Origin: Brevibacillus brevis | GTDB taxonomy: Bacteria; Bacillota; Bacilli; Brevibacillales; Brevibacillaceae | Assembly: GCF_031583145.1 (NCBI RefSeq) | Contig: NZ_CP134050.1 | Span: 685,739 to 717,738, forward strand | Direction: 5' to 3' | DNA length: 32,000 nt | Shown here: one piece after another, positions 24,607 to 32,000 of the stretch | Layout: each line of letters opens with the position of its first letter | Position numbering within the stretch: position 1 is the first letter of the stretch | Position numbers and translations under genes: made by a program | Notes under the pieces: model-generated | Database searches by the model: none | What the model was told of the DNA's origin: nothing | What the model saw: only the letters and a program-made list of their open reading frames with translations

Positions 24607-26207
24607 CATTGCGTTCATGGCCGTTTCCGGATAATCAGGGGGTTGAGTTATTTTGGTTCGGGTCCCCTTTCATGGACTACAAAGGGAATTGGAGAGTTCG
24701 AGTCGCATTTCGGACGGAAACCGGGGACTTGAAAGTTGTATCCTACCCATGGGGAACAGTACCTTATTTGCGCATGGGACAAGTCTACACCAACGGAGTA
24801 TTTGATCAAATCAAGCCATTGGAAGGCATTGTACATAGAATAACGATAAGCAGCTTGGATCAAGGTTTGATGAGCAATGGGTTTAAATTGCCCAAGCGTT
24901 TGATTGACTTCCGTCAAAATCCGGAGCTTGGGCTTCAGAAAATTATTCAGTTTCAGTTTGACGGGATGATTTATTGCTTTCCAGTGTTCGAATTCATTCG
25001 AGCCATGTTTATTAACTCCAGGTATTTGGCGTATTATTTAATGCAGCCGCACGGTCTGGAAATGTTGATCGATAACAGCGATATGAGAGGAACAACTCTG
25101 TATTTTGATTTGAGTTTTCGTGTACCGGCCAAATTGGCAAGCGAAAGTAACGCACGTCACCTATCCTGGATTTACATCGATCCCGCTATTCGTACCATGT
25201 GGGATTCCGTTTATCAATTGATGTTTAATCAAGCGATCAAGGACTCGCCTCAGAATCCGAGCGCCAGAATGAAGAAGGGAATTCCGCTTGGCGTTGAGCT
25301 CCCGGCTGTTGGTCCTCTTGAGTTTCACGTTCGAGGAGAACAATTCAATAACTACTTCTTGGTGAAAGAAATTCTCGGCATTGGCGGTTTTAAGCATCCG
25401 GCGGAAGAAATCGTCTTTTGGCACCCATCGAAGAAACGCCGTGAGTCGATTTCAGGAGATAAACAAGTTCGAGTTACGTCCGGATCTGAAAATAAAGACT
25501 ACATATTGAATGATCAAAGCGAAAATGCCAGGGAAAACACGCGGCAAGATGTATTGGAGGCCCCTCCTACGTTTATGCGTTTCTCCAATTATCCGAGAGT
25601 TACTACTCGTCGAGAGGATGTGAGGCATTCCCATACCGGCAACGACGTGATCATCACCTCCGGGAGAGGCGGGAAGAACTCAGGAGGATTAGAGGAAGTA
25701 AGCACACAGGATTCAATGGTCGGCGGTGATACGCCTCCTATCGATTTTCAGACGCTTGAAACTATACCAATTACAGAGGCTATCGGTCTTGAATCTTTTT
25801 TCGAAATGACTCAAATCTTGAAGCATGTCTTTCCCGGTCATATCCGGATGTCTGTGCTCAGGATTCCTCCCGGCAAAAGATTTTCTGTATGTCCAAACGG
25901 TTCCCGACGAACATGTGCGATCGTACAGGCGGATCATGGTATCACGACTAAGTTTATTGTCGAAGTGGCCCGGCCGGATGATTGGTCCATTTCGACATTG
26001 ATCCTCCACCCAACCCCGCAGATTTCACTAAAGACAGTTGAGCGTGATATTAAGTTACTCCTTGAAGGGCTTGTTCAAAAAGGCGGTCACTGGGATCAGA
26101 ACATTTTAAACCAATGCAACGGCTTCAATATCGAAAAGGTTAAACATTATCAGAGTGACTCAGTTAGGGATTGGGCGTATCGGATAAACGGGAAATTATC
26201 CGGCTAG
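24594..26207 (+). CDS. tnsE: Tn7-like TnsE homologue
   Basis: 537 aa, against about 538 aa for Tn7 TnsE. It overlaps the tnsD stop. From my memory of Tn7 TnsE, three blocks align. IYCFPVFEFIRAMFINSRYL aligns with YHIPQLELARSLFLINSYF. LEFHVRGEQFNNYFLVKEILGI aligns with WKLHVKGRSSNEDKDYLVEEIVGL. IPPGKRFSVCPNGSRR aligns with LPKVGRSRLHLCKDGSPR. Confidence 0.75.
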   Translation: MAALTLRSWPFPDNQGVELFWFGSPFMDYKGNWRVRVAFRTETGDLKVVSYPWGTVPYLRMGQVYTNGVFDQIKPLEGIVHRITISSLDQGLMSNGFKLPKRLIDFRQNPELGLQKIIQFQFDGMIYCFPVFEFIRAMFINSRYLAYYLMQPHGLEMLIDNSDMRGTTLYFDLSFRVPAKLASESNARHLSWIYIDPAIRTMWDSVYQLMFNQAIKDSPQNPSARMKKGIPLGVELPAVGPLEFHVRGEQFNNYFLVKEILGIGGFKHPAEEIVFWHPSKKRRESISGDKQVRVTSGSENKDYILNDQSENARENTRQDVLEAPPTFMRFSNYPRVTTRREDVRHSHTGNDVIITSGRGGKNSGGLEEVSTQDSMVGGDTPPIDFQTLETIPITEAIGLESFFEMTQILKHVFPGHIRMSVLRIPPGKRFSVCPNGSRRTCAIVQADHGITTKFIVEVARPDDWSISTLILHPTPQISLKTVERDIKLLLEGLVQKGGHWDQNILNQCNGFNIEKVKHYQSDSVRDWAYRINGKLSG

Positions 26208-26234
26208 ACAATAGATGTTTGATTTATTTTGGTA

Positions 26235-26264
26235 TTGAAATACTTGATTCTTGGATGGTATAAT
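26235..26264 (+). promoter_or_regulatory. Sigma-A-type promoter for the R-M operon
   Basis: TTGAAA (26235-26240), an 18-nt spacer, then TGgTATAAT (extended -10, hexamer 26259-26264). It lies in the AT-rich gap after tnsE. Confidence 0.6.
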
Positions 26265-26275
26265 TTAGTTGGCTA

Positions 26276-27886
26276 TTGGCAGTGAAAGAAGGTGATGAAT
26301 TGATTGAATCGTTCTGGAATACTTGTTTGCTTCATGATATCACAACCCGTGATCAGCTGCTGCGCGAAGCCATTCGAGTGAAGCGGACACAACAACTACT
26401 GAAACTACAACAGTTGGCCGAAACGGAGCTAATTACGGAACCCGAGAAGCTGTTTCTGTGGATGAAGGAACGCGCTTTAGACAGGGAATTAGGCCATTTC
26501 CCCGGCGATCGGGATTTATTTTATAAATTATACCATGCAGGCAAGGACATGGACTTGTTGGAATACGCCATGCTCACCATCCAACAAGATCGGGTTACAG
26601 GGAGCATTGTCGTCCATCCTGGAATCGTCGAAAAGTTTGTCGATCAGTGTGAGCGGCGTGGTTGCAAGAACATTCTGCTTGCAGAAGCTGAAAAGTATAT
26701 CAAAGGACTTGTCGAGACGAAATGTTACCATCGCCCATGGACAATCACATTGTTAACGGAAAACTACATCGTAGGCAGGTTGTTCAAAACGTATTTCGAG
26801 TCCTACTCCAATATCCGCATCGTTCAAGGGTCCATTTATCAGCCGCTACCTGCAGAAATTCAATTCGACGCGATCCTGGCGATGCCGAATTTCGGTATGA
26901 AAATGAACGATGACGAGGTTGCGGTTCGGGAATCCGAGGGCGCGGCGGCCAGCTATCTGCTTCCACTCTTGCAAGATGGCGGGAGATTAAGCGTGACCTT
27001 GCCCGCGCGGATGCTGTTTCAATCCGGCGCGATCGCCAGCTGGCGGAAGCAAATGAATGATCAGGCGCCGGTGCAAACGATCTATTCGCTTCCGGACGGC
27101 TTGTTTCGTCCCTACACTTCCATCAAGACCTATCAGGTTGACTTTGGAAAAGCGCCTGTGGAAGAGGTGATCCTCGGGCGGCTCCATATGGAGAAGTCAA
27201 AGCTTGTGGCGGAACGGGAGATTGCCATCCATCCAGACCGGTTCCGAGAGCTGGATCATTGGCGAATCGAACTGCTGCTGGATGAAGATCAGGATACACT
27301 TCGTTCGTTCCAGCAGGCGGCGACCCCGAAAGTGAAGTTGCGCGATGTGGCAGAAATTTTTCGGGGAAAATCGATTCTTAAGCAGGATCTAAAGCCCGGG
27401 AACATTAAGGTGCTGAATATATCCAATCTGGATGACGGCGAAGTGCTATTGGATCAACTTGAAACGATTGACGAGGAAGAGAGGAAAGTGAAACGTTACG
27501 AGATTCTCCCGGGTGACCTGGTCATGACGTGTCGCGGCACCGTGAACAAGCTGGCTGTATTTCCGGAGGCTCAAGGGATGGTCATCGCCTCCTCGAATAT
27601 GATCGTGATCCGATTCAAGTCGGCCATCAAGAGCCATTTTGCCAAAATATTTCTGGAAAGCCCGGTCGGGACAGCTCTTATTCAAAGCTTCCAGCGGGGA
27701 ACAACCGTGATGAATTTGAATCCAGCGGATGTGGCGGAATTGGAATTGCCTTTGGTACCGGAAGATATACAGCAAGAATTAATACAGCAATATATCCGGG
27801 AGAAAGAACGATATAAAGAGGTCGTTCGGGAAGCGGCTAACCGTTGGGAACAAGTGAAGAACCAGTTATATGAGCAACTCTACTGA
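26276..27886 (+). CDS. HsdM-like (gamma-class N6-MTase fold) + single HsdS-type TRD fusion with degenerate catalytic and SAM-binding motifs
   Basis: Co-linear with N6_Mtase proteins but with substituted motifs. IVVHP replaces (F/Y)[12 protein letters not shown] (26672-26698) replaces ILDPxCGx[12 protein letters not shown] (MPNF at 26882-26893) replaces FDxILxNPPF. The downstream [14 protein letters not shown] and IYSLPDGLF blocks are retained. The C-terminal half (about 27326-27760) is a typical type I TRD: [13 protein letters not shown]...[19 protein letters not shown]...SSNMIVIR...[19 protein letters not shown], followed by a heptad-like helix. The start is uncertain (TTG 26276, or TTG 26300 with GAAGGTGA upstream). 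Confidence 0.7.
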   Translation: MAVKEGDELIESFWNTCLLHDITTRDQLLREAIRVKRTQQLLKLQQLAETELITEPEKLFLWMKERALDRELGHFPGDRDLFYKLYHAGKDMDLLEYAMLTIQQDRVTGSIVVHPGIVEKFVDQCERRGCKNILLAEAEKYIKGLVETKCYHRPWTITLLTENYIVGRLFKTYFESYSNIRIVQGSIYQPLPAEIQFDAILAMPNFGMKMNDDEVAVRESEGAAASYLLPLLQDGGRLSVTLPARMLFQSGAIASWRKQMNDQAPVQTIYSLPDGLFRPYTSIKTYQVDFGKAPVEEVILGRLHMEKSKLVAEREIAIHPDRFRELDHWRIELLLDEDQDTLRSFQQAATPKVKLRDVAEIFRGKSILKQDLKPGNIKVLNISNLDDGEVLLDQLETIDEEERKVKRYEILPGDLVMTCRGTVNKLAVFPEAQGMVIASSNMIVIRFKSAIKSHFAKIFLESPVGTALIQSFQRGTTVMNLNPADVAELELPLVPEDIQQELIQQYIREKERYKEVVREAANRWEQVKNQLYEQLY

Positions 27887-27902
27887 GGAGGAATTCAGGA
27901 TC

Positions 27903-29426
27903 ATGGCAACAGCGAACATTGGATTCGAGGAAAAATTATGGAGCATGGCCGATAAGCTGCGTGGCAGCATGGATGCAGCGGAGTATAAGCATGTAGCTCT
28001 CGGCCTGCTTTTTCTGAAATATGTGTCTGATGCATTTGAAGAAAAATACGAAGCTTTGAAAAATGAGCCATATGCTGATCCGGAAGACCGGGACGAATAT
28101 GTTGCTGCAAACATTTTCTGGGTACCGAAGGAAGCGCGCTGGAGCTATATCAAGGATAACGCGAAAAAGCCGGAAATCGGGCAGCTCATTGATAATGCGA
28201 TGATTGCCATCGAGAAGGAAAATCCAACGCTGAAAGGTGTGCTGCCGAAAGATTACGCCCGCCCGGCGCTCGATAAAACCCGTCTTGGCGAAGTGATCGA
28301 CCTATTCTCGTTCAAAGTGGGCGATGAAGAAAGCCGTTCGAAGGATGTACTGGGGCGGGTATATGAGTATTTCCTTAGCAAATTCGCAAGCGCGGAAGGC
28401 AAGAACGGCGGGGAATTCTATACCCCGAACAGCGTTGTTCGCCTGCTCGTCGAGATGATACAGCCGTTCAAGGGCCGCGTATACGACCCCTGCTGTGGTT
28501 CCGGCGGCATGTTCGTTCAGAGCGAGAAGTTTGTAGAGGAGCATCAGGGGCGCATTGGCGATATCGCGGTGTACGGGCAGGAGTCGAATCCGACGACGTG
28601 GAAGTTGTGCAAAATGAACCTCGCCATTCGCGGCATCGACGGCAACCTTGGGGAGCATCATGCAGATACGTTCCATAATGATTTACATAAAAATCTGAAG
28701 GCCGATTACATCTTGGCGAATCCGCCATTCAATATCAGCGATTGGGGCGGCGAGCGGCTGACAGAGGATGCCCGCTGGACATATGGAGTGCCTCCCGCTG
28801 GGAACGCTAACTACGCCTGGATTCAGCACATTGTGAACAAGCTTGCGCCCAGCGGTGTTGCAGGTTTCGTACTGGCGAATGGTTCCATGTCGACGAGCAC
28901 GACGGCGGAGTTTGAGATTCGCAGCAAGCTGGTTAACGCCGATCTGGTCGATTGCATCGTCACCTTGCCGGGGCAGTTGTTTTACTCCACACAGATTCCG
29001 GTATGTCTCTGGTTCATTGCTAAAAATAAAGCGCCAAAGGGCCTTCGGGACCGCCGCGGTGAAATCCTGTTTATTGATGCCCGCAAAATGGGCCATATGG
29101 TGGATCGCACACATCGCGAACTCAGTACGGAGGATATCCGGAAGATCGCCGATACATACCACGCATGGCGCGGTCAGGCGGAAGCTGGACAGTATGAGGA
29201 TGTGAAGGGCTTCTGCAAAGCAGTGAAACTTGCGGAAGTGCAGGAGCACGAGTATATTTTGACGCCGGGGCGTTATGTCGGGATTGAAGATGTGGAGGAA
29301 GACAGCGAACCGTTCGAGGATAAAATGGCACGGCTGACTTCGGAGCTAGCGGAACAGTTCGCCAAGTCCCGGCAACTGGAAGACGAAATTCGCAAGCGGC
29401 TTGGGGGGATTGGGTTTGAGTTTTGA
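27903..29426 (+). CDS. hsdM: Type I restriction-modification methyltransferase subunit HsdM
   Basis: The N-terminus [46 protein letters not shown] is the HsdM_N domain. Motif I is [12 protein letters not shown]. Motif IV is ILANPPFN (NPPF at 28719-28730). A GAGGAGG RBS overlaps the upstream stop. The alternative ATG at 27870 lies inside the previous gene. Confidence 0.92.
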   Translation: MATANIGFEEKLWSMADKLRGSMDAAEYKHVALGLLFLKYVSDAFEEKYEALKNEPYADPEDRDEYVAANIFWVPKEARWSYIKDNAKKPEIGQLIDNAMIAIEKENPTLKGVLPKDYARPALDKTRLGEVIDLFSFKVGDEESRSKDVLGRVYEYFLSKFASAEGKNGGEFYTPNSVVRLLVEMIQPFKGRVYDPCCGSGGMFVQSEKFVEEHQGRIGDIAVYGQESNPTTWKLCKMNLAIRGIDGNLGEHHADTFHNDLHKNLKADYILANPPFNISDWGGERLTEDARWTYGVPPAGNANYAWIQHIVNKLAPSGVAGFVLANGSMSTSTTAEFEIRSKLVNADLVDCIVTLPGQLFYSTQIPVCLWFIAKNKAPKGLRDRRGEILFIDARKMGHMVDRTHRELSTEDIRKIADTYHAWRGQAEAGQYEDVKGFCKAVKLAEVQEHEYILTPGRYVGIEDVEEDSEPFEDKMARLTSELAEQFAKSRQLEDEIRKRLGGIGFEF

Positions 29427-30669
29427 AACTGGATGGAGAAAGTGTACTTGGGGAGATATTTCTACACTTGAATATGGGAAAGCCCTTAGGGATTATAAAG
29501 ATAAAACAAGTGGATATCCGGTTTATGGTACTAATGGTTTAATAGGATATACTGAAAAATATCTTTCAGATAAGCCAGGGGTAATAATTGGGCGAAAAGG
29601 TGCATACCGAGGAGTTCACTATTCCAATAGACCTTTTTTTGTTATCGATACCGCCTATTACTTATCACCCAAAATTCCCCAACTAAATTTAAGATGGGCA
29701 TACTATAGTTTGCGTAATATAGATATTAATAGCATGGATTCAGGCTCTGCAATTCCTTCCACGAGTAGAAGTGATTTTTACTCAATTGAAGTTGATCTAC
29801 CAGATATTTATGAACAACAAGAGATAGCAAATTTGCTCTCAGTATTAGACGATAAAATCGAACTCAACAACGCAATCAACAAAAACCTTGAAGAAATGGC
29901 CCAAGCCCTTTTTAATAGCTGGTTTGTGGACTTCGAGTTTCCAAATGAAAACGGAGAACCGTATAAATCCAGTGGCGGCGAGTTTGAGGAAAGTGAATTG
30001 GGGCTCATTCCGAAGGGGTGGAAGCAGGGGACAATTAGTGAACTTGGTGAGGTTGCCGGAGGAGCAACGCCTTCTAAGAAAAACGAAGACTTTTATACCG
30101 TTAGAGGCATTCCTTGGATCACTCCTAAAGATCTATCGAAAACTAACAACAAATATATCTCGCGCGGCGAAATAGATATTACACAGAAAGGGTTTAGCAA
30201 CTCCAGTGTAAAGCTTTTACCGAAAGGGACAGTTTTATTTAGTTCGCGAGCTCCTATTGGTTATATTGCAATAGCTAAAAATGAAGTTACAACAAATCAG
30301 GGATTTAAGTCCGTTATTCCATTCAAACATGTTGGTTCAGAATTCGTCTATTATCTCTTGAAGAGTAATGTTGAGACGATTGAATGTCGTGCATCGGGCT
30401 CAACCTTTAAGGAGATATCCGGGACAGAAATGAAGCGAGTGCCTGTTCTTATCCCTACAGAAAATGTCCTTGCGAAGTTTAATGAGATCGTTGAACCGAT
30501 AGGGAGATTAACACAAAAGTGTGAAGAAGAAAATGAAGATTTAACCCAAATCCGCGACACCCTTCTCCCCAAACTGATGTCGGGCGAGATCCGTGTCCCT
30601 GTGGAGCAGGATCATAATCATCCCGATCTGCCAAAGGTTGCGGAGAGCAGCGCAATCTATCAGCCCTAA
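29401..30669 (+). CDS. hsdS: Type I R-M specificity subunit HsdS (two TRDs)
   Basis: TRD1 and TRD2 are separated by the central conserved region [44 protein letters not shown]. The distal conserved region is [19 protein letters not shown]. The gene overlaps the hsdM 3' end. The start could be TTG 29401, 29410 or 29416. Confidence 0.9.
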   Translation: MGGLGLSFETGWRKCTWGDISTLEYGKALRDYKDKTSGYPVYGTNGLIGYTEKYLSDKPGVIIGRKGAYRGVHYSNRPFFVIDTAYYLSPKIPQLNLRWAYYSLRNIDINSMDSGSAIPSTSRSDFYSIEVDLPDIYEQQEIANLLSVLDDKIELNNAINKNLEEMAQALFNSWFVDFEFPNENGEPYKSSGGEFEESELGLIPKGWKQGTISELGEVAGGATPSKKNEDFYTVRGIPWITPKDLSKTNNKYISRGEIDITQKGFSNSSVKLLPKGTVLFSSRAPIGYIAIAKNEVTTNQGFKSVIPFKHVGSEFVYYLLKSNVETIECRASGSTFKEISGTEMKRVPVLIPTENVLAKFNEIVEPIGRLTQKCEEENEDLTQIRDTLLPKLMSGEIRVPVEQDHNHPDLPKVAESSAIYQP

Positions 30670-30686
30670 TCCAAAGGAGGTGCAAC

Positions 30687-32000
30687 ATGGCCTACTATAC
30701 GACGTCCTATACCGAAAGCGACCTGGAGCAGGCCGCACTGGAGTGGTTCGAAGAACTGAACTACGAGAAAGCATACGGCCCGGATATTTCTCCGGAAGGC
30801 GAGTATCCCGAACGACAGTTTTACCATGACGTCATCCTGAAAGATCGGCTGCGCGAGGCTCTCATTCGCATCAACAAACATGTGCCGCGCGAAGCGATTG
30901 AGGAAGCGATCCGGATCGTTGAAGTGCCGCGCAGTCCCAGTTTGCTGATCAACAACCGGGCGTTCCAGAAGATGATCACTGACGGAATCGACGTGCAGTA
31001 TCAAGCCGCCAATGGCGAATATCCGACAGAGAAAATATGGCTGTTCGACACCGATCCGGACGGGATCGACAACAACGACTTTCTGGTCGTCAACCAGTTT
31101 ACCATCGTTGAAAATCAGGGAGAGAAGCGCCCGGATATCGTCGTGTTCGTAAATGGATTGCCGATCGCCGTATTTGAATTGAAAAGCGCCTCCAACGAAG
31201 AAGTCGGGATCAGCGATGCCTATAATCAAGTGCAGACGTACAAAGGCGCGATACCGTCCCTGTTCACCTACAACTCGTTCCTGGTCATCAGTGACGGTGT
31301 GAATGCGCGGGTTGGCACGCTGACCGCCAATGAAGACCGCTTTATGATGTGGCGCACGATCGACGGCGATGACGTGGCGCCCTCCTCCCTGCCCCAGCTT
31401 GAAGTGCTTGTAAAAGGAATGTTCGAGAAAAGCCGACTGCTTGATATTATCAAGCATTTCGTGCTGTTTCAGACCGATGGGGAGCATCTGTTCAAAATAT
31501 TGGCGGGATACCACCAATACCACGCCACCAACAAGGCGATTGCAAGTACGGAAAGAGCGACGATGGATGATGGGGACCGCAAAATCGGCGTCATCTGGCA
31601 TACGCAAGGCTCCGGTAAAAGCTTGTCCATGGTTTTCTACGCGGGAAAACTTGTTCTGACGCTGAACAACCCGACGATCGTCGTGGTGACGGACCGGAAC
31701 GATCTGGACGATCAGTTGTTCAGCACGTTCAGCAAGTCGAAGGACTTGCTCAGGCAAACGCCTCAGCAAGCGGAAAATCGGACTCATTTGCGACAACTTT
31801 TGTCGGTGGAGTCGGGCGGGATCATTTTCACAACGGTTCACAAGTTCACCCCCGATGAAAATGAAGACAAATATCCTGTACTTACGGAACGCCGCAATGT
31901 GATTGTGATTGCGGACGAGGCGCATCGCAGCCAGTACGGGTTTCAGGCGGATATGGTCGCCGGGGACGACGAAGCGGCCATTAAGTATGGCTATGCCAAA
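30687..32000 (+). CDS. hsdR: Type I restriction endonuclease subunit HsdR, N-terminal part (continues beyond right edge)
   Basis: AAAGGAGG RBS with ATG at 30687. The frame is open to 32000 and is not in the ORF track because there is no stop. The N-terminal nuclease-region block is RPDIVVFVNGLPIAVFELK. Helicase motif I is WHTQGSGKSLSM and motif II is VIADEAHRSQYG. Confidence 0.9.
   Translation, partial: MAYYTTSYTESDLEQAALEWFEELNYEKAYGPDISPEGEYPERQFYHDVILKDRLREALIRINKHVPREAIEEAIRIVEVPRSPSLLINNRAFQKMITDGIDVQYQAANGEYPTEKIWLFDTDPDGIDNNDFLVVNQFTIVENQGEKRPDIVVFVNGLPIAVFELKSASNEEVGISDAYNQVQTYKGAIPSLFTYNSFLVISDGVNARVGTLTANEDRFMMWRTIDGDDVAPSSLPQLEVLVKGMFEKSRLLDIIKHFVLFQTDGEHLFKILAGYHQYHATNKAIASTERATMDDGDRKIGVIWHTQGSGKSLSMVFYAGKLVLTLNNPTIVVVTDRNDLDDQLFSTFSKSKDLLRQTPQQAENRTHLRQLLSVESGGIIFTTVHKFTPDENEDKYPVLTERRNVIVIADEAHRSQYGFQADMVAGDDEAAIKYGYAK

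Noticed and set aside
29403-29408. G6 tract in the hsdM/hsdS overlap as a phase-variation switch.
   Set aside because: Six residues is shorter than tracts usually associated with slipped-strand phase variation, and no other simple repeats occur in the hsd genes.
1-32000. Search for CRISPR arrays, tRNA/rRNA genes, riboswitch or T-box leaders, and integrase/att pairs.
   Set aside because: I found no regularly spaced direct repeats, no cloverleaf-like or rRNA-like segments in the intergenic regions, and no tyrosine or serine recombinase ORF.

Overview
Mosaic chromosomal window, probably from a moderately GC-rich Firmicute, judged from GGAGG-type RBSs, a lipobox lipoprotein, rocB and sigma-A-like promoters. 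No rRNA, tRNA or CRISPR array was seen.

**1-5.3 kb, ordinary genes:**
- An HK/OmpR-type two-component pair.
- A DUF3048 lipoprotein, possibly 3'-decayed.
- An AhpD/CMD-family protein.
- A degenerate receiver-domain relic.
- A SEC-C-motif protein and a SAM-methyltransferase.

**5.3-9.6 kb, nested insertion sequences:**
- An IS91-family element whose HUH/Y2 transposase gene is split by a complete IS21-family element (istA/istB).
- The IS21 element has a 5-bp target duplication, CCGTT.

**9.7-16.3 kb, phosphite locus and rocB:**
- A phosphite-oxidation locus: a phnCDE-type transporter, ptxD and a convergent LysR regulator.
- rocB follows, preceded by two gene relics.

**16.5-22.3 kb, an IS graveyard:**
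- A truncated and a full-length IS256-family copy.
- Two further unrelated IS21-family istB fragments and an IS1182/IS5-type transposase stub.
- Interleaved with these are a secreted Pro-rich repeat protein, an Excalibur relic, a double-HTH regulator and a 3' relic of comM.

**22.3-32 kb, decayed Tn7-like transposon and its cargo:**
- A tnsC 3' stub plus intact tnsD/TniQ and tnsE.
- The cargo is a promoter-led four-gene type I R-M operon.

**Most unusual object:** the first gene of that operon is an HsdM-like/HsdS-TRD fusion. Its motif X, motif I and motif IV positions are all substituted, yet the ORF is intact.
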